A stretch of DNA of 64,000 nt from Ostreococcus lucimarinus. Taxonomy: Eukaryota. The notes beneath the pieces were generated by a model that saw only the letters and a list, made by a program, of their open reading frames with translations, was not told the DNA's origin and made no database searches. The translations under genes were made by a program, and so were the position numbers. Where the stretch lies: the NCBI GenBank assembly GCA_000092065.1, contig CP000591.1. The stretch is one strand, 5' to 3'. Positions 45,499 through 55,500 of this stretch are shown here, one piece after another (position 1 is the stretch's first letter; every line of letters starts with the position of its first letter).

Positions 45499-47316
45499 TT
45501 AAATTTCTCCGTTTCGCGCGTCCTTGGGCGCGCGCCTCGAGCGATTTTTTCTGCCGCCGGAGCCCGACGCGCGCGAGGCGTGCCGCTGAACGCGCGGGTG
45601 TCCACCGCCGGCGACGGGAGCGTTCGCGACCGACGACAAGTCTTCGGTGGAGCCGAATTCGGCGCCTAGACTGGATGGTAAATCTCCCAAGCGTTCCGCC
45701 AGGTGCGAGACGTCCGCCGCCGCGCCGTACGTACCCGTGGCGTTTATGTCAAACGGCGCGTTCGCGGGAACGGTGACCGGCGCTTGATACGGATACGATG
45801 CGGCCGCGGACGCCGACGCGTCGGAGGCGGCCGACGCGGCTTCTTGCGTCCACGTCGCCGACGGCGGCGCGCTCGCGTAGCCGTAGTATCCGCTGTAACC
45901 GGCGGGATACCCCGCCGCGAACGTCGGGAACAATCCCGAGCCGTCGGCGAACGCCATTCCATACGCCGGCACGGCGCCTTCGACCGACGCGCCGTAGCCT
46001 CCGCCGTACTGTGAGCCGACCCAGTCGTTGTAGTTTGCCGCGGGCGGCGGCGCGTTTTTCATCCGCGACGCCGCCGTTTTATCCGAATCATTTTTCGACG
46101 ATCGCAGCACCCGGCGCTCTTCGCGCTCGCGAACGCGACGCCCACCGCGCTTTTTCCGCGCCTTATCTTCGCTCTCGGTCTCGTCCATTCGCTCGTCCGA
46201 CTCCGCGTCCTCGACCGGCGGCGGCGGTTTCCTGCGCAACACCATCGGCGCGGTGGCGCCGCGCGATTGCAACCAATCGCTCCCCGGCGTGTCGACCACG
46301 CGCGCGTCCTTCTCGCTCACGCTCTCATCCGGGGCGTTTCTCGCGGCGAGCAACGCCGACGATGGCAAAATCTTCGGCGGCGCGCGAGGATCGAATTTCT
46401 CGCGTCTCGCCGACGCCGTCGGCGGCGCCGCTTTCGCCCCCCCGCGCGTCTCGCGCACCGTTTCGCCGCGCGATCGCGCCCTTTCCGCCATCACGCGCGC
46501 GATTTCATCCTCGTACGCCGCGCGCGCTTCCGCGCTCGCGTCGTCGTCGTCTTCGTCTTCGCCGTCGTCCGCGCCCGCGCCTTCGTCTCGCCGCGGCGTC
46601 ATCCCCGGAATCGTCCCATCGCTCCCGATCCCTCCCTCGCGCGGCCGCGCGAGCACGCGCGGCGCGTACCCCTCTGCTCCTTTCCTCTGCCCTCGCCGCG
46701 CCGTCCCCGCCGCGCCTCCGAGCCCTCGTCCGCGTTCGTCCTCCGCCGGCGACGGCCCGACGTACCGCTCGTCCTCATCCTCCCGCGTCGTCCCCGCGCG
46801 TCGCCGCGCGCTCGCGTCGCCGTCCACGTACCGTCGCACCGCGCCCACGACCTCTCGCGCCACCCCTCGCGCGTCGTCGTCGTCGTCGTCTCGCGCTCGC
46901 GTCGTCCGTCCCCACGTCGCGCCCGCCGCGCGCAGCGTCTCCCGTTCGCCGTCGCTCTCCCGCGCCTCGCGCGCGTCGTCGCCCCACGTCCGCGCGCTCG
47001 CGAACGTCGTCGTCGTCGTCGTCGCGCTCGCGCCGGTCTCCTTGCGCACGCTCGGCAGCGCGACGGGCGCGAACACGGCGACGCGCTGCCGATGATGATT
47101 CGTCGTCGTCGCGCGCGCGCCCGCGCCGCGCGCGCCGCGCCCGCGCGCGCCCGCGACGCCGGCGCCGCGCCCGCGCGCGCTCGTTCGCGCGCGATCGTCG
47201 CGCTCGCGCGACATGACGCGACGAAGCGCGCGACGACGACGCGACGACGCGATGTGCCGCACATCGCGATGCGCGACGACGACGACGACGACGCGTGGAG
47301 CGACGACGACGCGCAT
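45499..47316 (-). CDS. Low-complexity protein (605 aa), Arg/Asp/Gly-rich with a Tyr/Gly/Ala/Ser-rich C-terminal region
   Basis: The ATG at 47316 was verified. The C-terminal half (YNDWVGSQYGGGYGAS..., DTPGSDWLQSRGATAPMVLRRKPPPP) has protein-like composition, while the overlapping plus-strand ORFs are Arg/Ser/Pro-rich noise. No confident homology. Confidence 0.4.
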   Translation of the reverse strand: MRVVVAPRVVVVVVAHRDVRHIASSRRRRALRRVMSRERDDRARTSARGRGAGVAGARGRGARGAGARATTTNHHRQRVAVFAPVALPSVRKETGASATTTTTTFASARTWGDDAREARESDGERETLRAAGATWGRTTRARDDDDDDARGVAREVVGAVRRYVDGDASARRRAGTTREDEDERYVGPSPAEDERGRGLGGAAGTARRGQRKGAEGYAPRVLARPREGGIGSDGTIPGMTPRRDEGAGADDGEDEDDDDASAEARAAYEDEIARVMAERARSRGETVRETRGGAKAAPPTASARREKFDPRAPPKILPSSALLAARNAPDESVSEKDARVVDTPGSDWLQSRGATAPMVLRRKPPPPVEDAESDERMDETESEDKARKKRGGRRVREREERRVLRSSKNDSDKTAASRMKNAPPPAANYNDWVGSQYGGGYGASVEGAVPAYGMAFADGSGLFPTFAAGYPAGYSGYYGYASAPPSATWTQEAASAASDASASAAASYPYQAPVTVPANAPFDINATGTYGAAADVSHLAERLGDLPSSLGAEFGSTEDLSSVANAPVAGGGHPRVQRHASRASGSGGRKNRSRRAPKDARNGEI

Positions 47317-47499
47317 CGCGCGACGCTCGACGACGGCGACGACGGGTGGGGACGCGCGGGCGCGCGCGCGTCGACGCGCGATTCGTGGGACGACGACGAC
47401 GACGACGACGACGAAGACGACGGGACGACGACGACGACGACGCGGGACGCGGCGCGGTGCTCGAGCGAGGACGACGACGACGACGACGACGACGAATTG

Positions 47500-48138
47500 A
47501 TGGACGACGATGCGTTGGCGCGACCGGCGGTGTTCGTGGAGGCGGAGCGACGGGCGAGCGCGGAGGCGGAGCGACGCGCGCGCGAGGCGCGCGCTCGACG
47601 AGAAGAAGCAGAAGCGGAAGAAGAAGCAGAAGCAGAAGACGACGACGAGATAGATTCAGACGCGACGGACGACGAGGAAGCGTTCGATTGGCGCGCGGTG
47701 CGCGCGAACGGGGACGGGAACGACGGGACGACGGCGCGCGAGGTCGAGGCGGACGCGGAGGCGAGCGCGCGGCGGTCGGCGACGCTCCCGACGCGAAACC
47801 TCGCGAAGACGCAGCCGTGGCGCGCGCGGTTGCCGAATTTCACGCCCGTGCGCGAGCTTCCGCCGCAGAGTTTTCACGACGGCGAGCTCGTGTTCGTGGA
47901 TTACGAGGCCCAGTTCGGCGGGCCGCGGAGCGCGGCGTCGAAGGCGTTCGCGAGGCGCGAGGCGAGGGCGTTCGGCGGCGTCGGCGCGCGAGACCGCGCG
48001 GCGGCGTCGACCGCGCCGACCGCCGCCGTCCCGCGCTGGTTCACGGACGAGCGCGGTCGCAAAACCTTCGTCGACGCGCGCGGGAAATCGCTCGTGGGCA
48101 AAGCCGCGTACGCGGCGTCGCAAAGGCTTCGCGCGTGA
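47500..48138 (+). CDS. Hypothetical protein (about 212 aa) with an acidic N-terminus. The C-terminal 3' part of the long + ORF 46267..48138 looks coding.
   Basis: The ATG at 47500 begins MDDDALARPAVFVEAERRA.... The C-terminus FTPVRELPPQSFHDGELVFVDYEAQFGGP...PRWFTDERGRKTFVDARGKSLVGKAAYAASQRL has ordinary protein composition. Upstream of 47500 the ORF is antisense to the minus-strand gene. Confidence 0.35.
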   Translation: MDDDALARPAVFVEAERRASAEAERRAREARARREEAEAEEEAEAEDDDEIDSDATDDEEAFDWRAVRANGDGNDGTTAREVEADAEASARRSATLPTRNLAKTQPWRARLPNFTPVRELPPQSFHDGELVFVDYEAQFGGPRSAASKAFARREARAFGGVGARDRAAASTAPTAAVPRWFTDERGRKTFVDARGKSLVGKAAYAASQRLRA

Positions 48139-48366
48139 CGCCGCGAGCCGAGCGTTCGACCGATCGACGCGCGCCGTCGTCGCGCGAGCGCAAACCTCCG
48201 CGCGCGCGTTCTCGTCTCGTCTCGTCTCGTCTCGTCTCTCATTCATTCATTCAATATTCACACGCAAAAGTATTCCTACTAAAAACCCGCGCGTCGACCG
48301 CGCCGCGCTCGCCCCGCGCCCTAACGCGTCTCTTCGGTCTCTCGGTCGCCCGACGACTTCCGGCCC

Positions 48367-48582
48367 TCACGCGTCGTCCACGCGCTCGAGCGTGTTATAC
48401 CTCAGCAATTTCTCGATCAGATCGACGTGACACATCACCATTCGTCGACAGCAGTACCGATTCAGCCCGAGCGCGTCCAGCGCGTCGCGCTCGCTGTAGT
48501 CCGCCTGCAGCAGGTCGAGGTACGTGTCCCACTTGTTCCCGATCACCTTCCCGCACGTGAAGCATCGCACGGGAATGATCAT
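48367..48582 (-). CDS. RPB10: DNA-directed RNA polymerases I/II/III subunit RPABC5 (RPB10), 71 aa
   Basis: [63 protein letters not shown] is the canonical RPB10 sequence including the CxxC...CC zinc-bundle. The ATG at 48582 was verified (plus-strand gggaatgatcat). Confidence 0.95.
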   Translation of the reverse strand: MIIPVRCFTCGKVIGNKWDTYLDLLQADYSERDALDALGLNRYCCRRMVMCHVDLIEKLLRYNTLERVDDA

Positions 48583-48944
48583 CGCGCGTCGTCGCGGCGC
48601 GACGGACGGCGACCGCGCGCGCGACGACGCGTCGCGAAGTGCGATCGAGCGCGAGGCGGCGCGAATCGTCGACGACGCGATTCGCCCGCGCGTCGCCTCG
48701 CCGATGCGGGACGAGCGCGGGACGACGCGCGGGACCGAGCCCGCGCGCGTCGCGCGACCGGCGACGCGCTTGAGCGCGCGCGCGCGACCGCTGACGAAGG
48801 TTTTGAGGATCGAATTGATCAAGAGGCTCGATCGGTCGACGCGCGCGGTCGACGACGCGTTCGCGCGGTACGCGCGAAAGCTCGGGCGGTTGTTCGACGC
48901 GCCGGCGAACGGGAAGTGAGCGGACCGCGGCTCGACGACGTGCG

Positions 48945-50189
48945 ATGGAGGCGGACGACGCGGCGGCGGCGCGACGGCGAGGCGACGACGACGAAGCCGC
49001 GCGGCTGTACGCGGCGCGGCTGGGAGACGCGCGCGCGTCGTCGACGACGCACGTGCGGTACGCGCTCGCGGCGAAGGCGTGCGGACGCGCGGCGAGCGAC
49101 GCGGCGGCGTTCGAGGCGACGCTTCGTCAGGGACTCGAGCGAGCGATGCGCGAGGCGGCGGAGGACGGCGTCGAAGACGTCGGCCGGGACGCGCGCGCGC
49201 GCGCGATCGGAGGGCAGTTGGCGCTGAGTCTGTGTCAACGAGGGGCGAACGAAGACGCGAGCGATCTGTTGGAGTTTTTGGGGTACTCGCGAAGGCTTTC
49301 CGAGGAGGTGTTGAGGTACGCGGAGGAGGGCGCGCGCGAGCGAGCGCCGGAGGACGTCGCGCGCGTCTACGACGACGCGCTGGACGCGCGCGCGCTGCGG
49401 TTTCTCGGCGACGCGTTCGCGAGACGCGGCGCGTCGACGTTTTGGATCGAGCACGATTACTACGCGCCGGAGACTGGATTCTTTTCGTACGTGCACGACG
49501 TGCCGTCGCGGAGAGAGAATAAGATGGACGCCGTCGTGGACATGGTCAAAGACGTCGCGTCGCGCGCGTTTCCGGGCGTGAAACGCGCGAGGTACGCCGA
49601 GTGGTGGGCGCACTCGCGTCCGCACACCGACGGGCACCAACTCCACTTCGATTCGCACGACGAAGGGCTGGGCGAGGTGAGGCATCCGATTTGTTCCGCC
49701 GTCGTCTTCGTCGACGGATGTTGCGGCGGGCCGACGCTCGTGACGAATCAAAAGGACACGAGCGCCGAGCTCGCGAGCCGCGCGTGGCTCGTGTACCCCA
49801 AAACCGGGAGAGTCGCCGTTTTTAACGGCGACTATCTTCACGGCGTGGTTCCGGGACGCGTCGCGGACGACGGGTTCGATCCCGAGTTCGCGTCGCGCCG
49901 GCGAATCACGCTCATGATTTCGTTTTGGGAAGACACGGACGTGCACCACTCTTGGACGCCCGCGGGAAGCGCGCGACCGTTCCCTCCGCGAGACGCCCCG
50001 GGCGTCTCGTGGCGTTCGCGTTTCGATTTCGCCGCCGACGACGACTTCGCCGCCGAAGCCGCCGTCGGCGTGGAGGTCCTCCCCGTCGTCGTCGAGCGCC
50101 CGTGGGATCGCGTGCGCCGCGACGACGGCGACGACGACGACGACGCGTCCGCGCTCCCCGCCTACGACGACTGTTTTCAAGGCTTTTGA
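48945..50189 (+). CDS. 2-oxoglutarate/Fe(II)-dependent oxygenase-like protein (414 aa)
   Basis: The ATG at 48945 was verified. It has a putative HxD...H triad context ([14 protein letters not shown] ... [14 protein letters not shown]) with a beta-strand-rich core. Homology assignment is tentative. Confidence 0.4.
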   Translation: MEADDAAAARRRGDDDEAARLYAARLGDARASSTTHVRYALAAKACGRAASDAAAFEATLRQGLERAMREAAEDGVEDVGRDARARAIGGQLALSLCQRGANEDASDLLEFLGYSRRLSEEVLRYAEEGARERAPEDVARVYDDALDARALRFLGDAFARRGASTFWIEHDYYAPETGFFSYVHDVPSRRENKMDAVVDMVKDVASRAFPGVKRARYAEWWAHSRPHTDGHQLHFDSHDEGLGEVRHPICSAVVFVDGCCGGPTLVTNQKDTSAELASRAWLVYPKTGRVAVFNGDYLHGVVPGRVADDGFDPEFASRRRITLMISFWEDTDVHHSWTPAGSARPFPPRDAPGVSWRSRFDFAADDDFAAEAAVGVEVLPVVVERPWDRVRRDDGDDDDDASALPAYDDCFQGF

Positions 50190-50265
50190 TTCGCTCGCGT
50201 TGTAACAAAAATCAAACCAGCGCGCGAGCCGCCGCTCGACGTCACATCGCCCCGCGAGCGTCGAC

Positions 50266-52215
50266 ATGCCGGACGACGACGGCGACGGCGACGACGACGG
50301 CGACGTGATAATAGTGCGCTCGAAATATTTCGCCTCCACCGCGTCGGCGTCCCCGCGCGAGCGCACCGACGCGAAAACAGTCGCGATTACCGGAACAGAC
50401 GATGACTACAAACTGTCGACGCGACACGCGACGCTGCTCGACGCCGTGGACGCGGCGTCGGTCGCGTTGGAATCCTTCTTCGCGACCGCAAAGGTGAAGA
50501 ACGCGCACGAGGCGCACGAGCGCGCGGCGCACGAGGTGTTGCGGCATTTCAGAGGGACGCTCGGGACGCTCGGGACGCCGCGAGAAGAGACGACGGACGC
50601 TTTCGATGATCCACCGGAGAAACGAACGAAGACGGAGGACGGAGAGGCGGGGAAAAAGAAAAAGGACGAAGAGATGGACGCGGAGGCGCGCGAGGACGCG
50701 ATCGGACGGGCGGGAGATGTGTTGCAAAACATGTTGCGAGAGACGCATCGTTTGCACGTCAACGCGAGCTGTCGGGTGAACACGCGAGCGCCCGAGGTGA
50801 AGCGCGCGCGGGATAATTTGACGCGCATACGACGAGAGGCGAGGGAATTGTATAAGAAGATTGATCCGCGAGGGTACGAGCGCGATCGCGAACGAGTGCG
50901 GATGATGGCTGAGGAGACGCAGGCGGCGCTGGATTTTAAAATTACGCGATTCGAGACGCCGCCGAAGGATTTGGCCGAGCTTCGCGCGAAATGCCCGGTA
51001 ATGTCCAGCACCGGATCACCGCATCACTTGTGCGCACACTTGTGCTATTACCGCGAGTACGAGCCCGCGCGGCAGATGTACGTGTTGCGATGCCGCGCCG
51101 CCGAGGCAAACGGCAACGCCGCGGCGCTAGACGGTTGGCGCGCCGAGCTCGCGGTGCGGCCCGCGGAAGATATTCCCGCCTTCAATCGCTCTCGCGCAGA
51201 CACGCGCGGCACGGCGTCGGGAGCTTGCTCGCTCAAACACTTACCGTGGATGGTGGAGTTCATAGGCCCGGGCGGCGAGCGGTTCAAGGATGGCATGGAC
51301 GTGTTGAACTTTGTCGCCGTCGAGTGCGACAAGCTTTCGTGGCCACGGGCCAGTCACGGTGGTAACGGCGTTCGTGAGGCAAGAGTGAGCGAAGACGGGT
51401 TGAACGACCAGACCGAGCTCCTACGCGCGGCGTTGTGGGACGAAGACACCGACGGTACGGCCGGAACGACGCCCGTGCGTCGAAGCTTCACGCGCATCGC
51501 GCGATGCGTCGATGAGACGCGCACGCCGTTGCGTCTCGCTCCCGATCCGCTCGCGAACGAAAACGACGAGAACGATGACGGCGAGAAAATAAATGAGTCC
51601 GTCGTTCTTGCGGCGGCAAACGCGTTCGACGACGAAACGCCGGGGCAAACGCCGACGAAAACGCCGCTCAAAGACCAACAAGGCGGCGACGCCGCCGCGT
51701 CGCCGCCCGGAAGCGGCCCCGAACCCGTCCGTCATTGGTGGGCGCCGCCATTATCGCCATTCGGTTTACTAGAAGAAATTCTCTGGCAGGACGAGTGGAA
51801 ACTTCTCGTGTCGTGCATGATGCTCAACTGTACGACGCGTTTGCAAGTCGATCGCGTGCTTTGGCGTCTCTTCCTCCTGGCGCCCACGGCGGCGGCCGCC
51901 GTCGAGCTCGGCGACACGCACGAAGGACTCGAAGCCCTCGAGCGCATCATCGCCCCGCTCGGATTACACCGCAAACGCACGAATGCGTTCGTCAAGCTCT
52001 CGCGAGACGTCGAGGCACAGCGCGCAAAGTACGGAGGTCGCATTAAAAACGTCTCCGCGTGTCACGGCGTCGGCGTCTACGCCGCCGACGCCCACGCCCT
52101 CTTCGTCGACGGCGTCCTCGCCGGTCCACCGCGCGACCACGCGCTGCGTTGGTATCACGCCTGGGCGCACGAACGTCGCGAGAACGCGGCGAAAAGCGCC
52201 CCAAAGCGCACTTAG
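50266..52215 (+). CDS. MBD4-like HhH DNA glycosylase (C-terminal domain) with a roughly 450-aa N-terminal extension
   Basis: The ATG at 50266 was verified. The C-terminus WKLLVSCMMLNCTTRLQVDRVLWRLF...LGLHRKRTNAFVKLSRDV...GGRIKNVSACHGVGVYAADAHALFVDGVL...HALRWYHAW parallels the MBD4 glycosylase domain ([26 protein letters not shown]...LGLYDLRAKTIVKFS...LHGIGKYGNDSYRIFC...HKLNKYHDW). Confidence 0.65.
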   Translation: MPDDDGDGDDDGDVIIVRSKYFASTASASPRERTDAKTVAITGTDDDYKLSTRHATLLDAVDAASVALESFFATAKVKNAHEAHERAAHEVLRHFRGTLGTLGTPREETTDAFDDPPEKRTKTEDGEAGKKKKDEEMDAEAREDAIGRAGDVLQNMLRETHRLHVNASCRVNTRAPEVKRARDNLTRIRREARELYKKIDPRGYERDRERVRMMAEETQAALDFKITRFETPPKDLAELRAKCPVMSSTGSPHHLCAHLCYYREYEPARQMYVLRCRAAEANGNAAALDGWRAELAVRPAEDIPAFNRSRADTRGTASGACSLKHLPWMVEFIGPGGERFKDGMDVLNFVAVECDKLSWPRASHGGNGVREARVSEDGLNDQTELLRAALWDEDTDGTAGTTPVRRSFTRIARCVDETRTPLRLAPDPLANENDENDDGEKINESVVLAAANAFDDETPGQTPTKTPLKDQQGGDAAASPPGSGPEPVRHWWAPPLSPFGLLEEILWQDEWKLLVSCMMLNCTTRLQVDRVLWRLFLLAPTAAAAVELGDTHEGLEALERIIAPLGLHRKRTNAFVKLSRDVEAQRAKYGGRIKNVSACHGVGVYAADAHALFVDGVLAGPPRDHALRWYHAWAHERRENAAKSAPKRT

Positions 52216-52541
52216 CACCGTTAGTCGATAGAAATGTAGAACGCGCGCCGCGCGCCGAATGTCGGCGCGAGCGACGAAGCCGAACCACTCAACGCGTCCC
52301 AATAATCCACCTCACACGACGACTCGCGCGCGCCGCGCCCGCCGCGCGACGCGCCGAGCGCTCGACGCGAAGCGAACGCACCGCGCGATCGACAGCGGTA
52401 GCTCTCTCTCCCGCGCGCGACCGCGTCGACGTTCCGCGGCGCGTGAAAGTCGCGCCAAAAATAGTTGCGCGCGACACAGAAGACGCGCTCGCGGCGCGCG
52501 CCGACGCGCGCTCGGCTCGAGATCGCGAACAGACGCTCGTG

Positions 52542-55500
52542 ATGGACGCCTCGACGCGGGCGTACGCGCCGGGAGACGACGCGATCGCGGCGGCGAGCGC
52601 GCTGAGCGAACGGTTTCAGTTGGACTCGAGGACGAGCGGCGGGCGGGGAGGATTCTTCTCGCGCGTCGCGTCGAACGTGAAACGATCGCCGGGAGGGACG
52701 TCGAGTGGGGCGTCGAGTCCCGCGAGCTCGCCCGCGGGTGGATCAGGGCGAGGGATGACGATGGCGGACGCGCTATCGGTGGACGGCGCGCTGACGACGT
52801 CGCTGTTACGTTTGACGTCGGATCAAACGAATAAAAGCGTCAAGCTGCACGCGCTGCTCGTGGTGCTCGTGAGCGATACGGATGATGTGACTGGGGAGAC
52901 GTTCGCAGCGGGGGTGCAAAAGATTGCGAAGGAGGTGATCAAACGAGAGGAGTTGGCGGACGAGATGTACTTGCAGATTATTCGGGCGACGCGCTCGGCT
53001 GCTTCGGATCGCGGGCGTCGAAAGGCGTGGGAACTCGTGCGCGTGATCGCGGCATTGTTTGCGCCGTCGCGTGATTTCATTGGCTTCGTGTCAGAGTACA
53101 TAAACGAAGTCGCCGCGCGTGGTTCGAGTGACATTCAGCCCCTCGCGCGGAGCGCCTTGCAAACGATGAAGCGAACGAGCAAGAGCGCAATGCGCCGTCA
53201 CGAACCAACGGCTGAGGAAATCATCGCGTTTGCGCGTGGTGAAAAGCTCAGAGTGGTGATAACTTTCCTCGACGGCACGTTCGAAGATTTACCGTACGAC
53301 ATGTCGACCACGGCGAAGGAAGCTGTCGTTGCGCTCGCCACGTCGATCAATCTGCAAAACTACAGCACATTTTCGTTGTTCACGGTGCGCAAGTTCTTCG
53401 GTAAAGTCGCCCCGCTCATCAAGGAAGGATTACTTTCGGAAGAACACCATGAACTAGGCGATGTCTCGTTTCTCAGCGACGCCCTCGGCGATATTCGGGC
53501 GATGAAAACGGAGTCGACGCCGAGCAAGGCGACGTCGATGCAAACTGGATTGTTGTTCAAAAAGCGTATGTTCAGAGATGCAGATGAAACCATCGACGAG
53601 ACGACCTTCGTGCTTTTGTCGTACGTACAGGCGAAGCACGATTTTATGATGGGTAATTACCCAATCTCGCGTGACGACGCGGCGTTGCTCGCGGCATTGC
53701 AAGTGCAGGCGGAGGAGGGCCCGAGACTCGGTGAAGATCAAGCCGCGCTTGGCCTTGTGTTGGCGAAGTATCTGCCGCGCACAATGTGTAATACGCGCCC
53801 CACAAAGGAGTGGACCGAACACATCGCTGGGCAACACGCCTCGATACGCGGGTTGAGTGGCGACGAAGCGCGTCAGGCGTTGTTGCGCATGATTCGATCG
53901 CTTCCATACGGCAACTCCGCGTTTTTCCGCGCCAAACGCGTCGACGATCCAATCGGTTTGCTTCCTGGCAAGCTCATGATTGGAGTCAATAAGCGAGGCG
54001 TGCACTTTTTCCGCGAGACGCCGATGGAGTACTTATACACTGCAGATTTACGGGACATCATGCAGTTTGGTTCGGCACCGCACGCCATCTTTTTTAAGAT
54101 GCGCGTCTCGGGTGCGCTCCACGTCTTTCAATTCGAAACGAGCGACGGGGAGAATATTTGCATGGCGCTTCAAACGCACATCAACGATGTGATGATGAAG
54201 AAAATGGCGGATAAGAAGGCGGCGATGATGGCGGTGGAAGCGGTGACGCCGAGCAAAAAACCCGTGAGTTCGTCGTCTGACGCAGAGCTCGCAAACGCTT
54301 CAAACAAAGCCTTTGCGAACCAGACGAAACGCGGCGACATAGATGCCTCCGACGCGCAGAAAGAAATCAAAACGCTGAATGAAAAGTTGGCCAATATGAG
54401 GAACGAGCGTGCGGAATTGCGCGCGCAACTGGACCAAGCAAACGAGGCGTTTCACGAAGCGAACGATCGATTGGAAAGCGAAAGAGCGAGTAAAGCCGAC
54501 ATCGTGGATACCATTCAGATGCTCGAGCGACAGCTCAAGGAGTCGAAAGAAGCAGCAATCGCGAGCGACAACGCGACGACAGACAAGCTCGACGACTTGA
54601 CCGCGATTCAGTTGCAAGAGCTACGAGACGAGTTGGTGATTGAAACAGAACGCGCGAGATCGACAGAGGCACAGACGCACGAGTTGCAGCAGCAAGTGGT
54701 GGTTTTGGAGCAAAAACTCAAACGCGCGGAAGCGGCGCACGCGGAAGAGTTGAAAGAAACGGCGGAGCAAAATGGTGCCGACATTAGCGAATGGCAAAAC
54801 AAATTGCACGAAGCGGACTCAAGAGCTGGCGAGCTTGAGGCGGAAATTAGGGCGCTTCGGCTTGAGTACGAAGAGCAAAAGGCGATGGTGACGAAGGAGA
54901 TGCTCGACGAGCTCGAGCAATTGCGCGAGATGAAAAACACGTTTGAGGGACAGCAAGCAACAGCTCGCGAACTCATGGCGGGCCAGACGCAAAAGATCAA
55001 AGAGTTGGAAGAAAAGTACACTTCCGAGGTGACGCTGCGTCGACGCTACTTCAACATGCTGGAGGATCTGAAGGGTAAGATTCGAGTCTACGCCAGAACG
55101 CGTCCGCTGACGGAAATCGAAACGAGTCAAAATCAACAAGCTATACTCGCGACTCCGGATGAGTTCACGTGTTCGCATCCTTGGCGAGGAGAAAAGAAGG
55201 ATCGCTCGTACGAATTTGATGAAGTTTTTCCGGCAAACTCGACGCAAGAACAAGTCTTCGAAGACACCAAGTATCTCGTTCAAAGCGCCATGGACGGATA
55301 TAACGTGTGTATTTTCGCATACGGACAAACGGGGAGTGGGAAAACGTTCACGATTTACGGCGACGATGCGAACCCGGGATTGACGCCGCGCGCTATCGCC
55401 GAAGTGATGCGGTGCGTGCATCGCGACTCAAACAAGTCCTCGGTGAAGATGGAGTGTTACATGCTCGAATTGTACAGGGACGATTTGATTGATTTACTCC

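Noticed and set aside
45798-48138. 472-aa, 280-aa and 623-aa plus-strand ORFs across 45798-47400
   Set aside because: They are antisense to the minus-strand 605-aa gene, whose C-terminal half has protein-like composition. Only the 3' part of the 623-aa ORF, from the ATG at 47500, looks coding and is kept as a separate low-confidence gene.
48819-50366. 515-aa minus-strand ORF antisense to the 2OG-oxygenase-like gene
   Set aside because: It is Arg/Val/Pro-rich low-complexity, whereas the plus frame has globular-protein composition with a plausible HxD...H motif.
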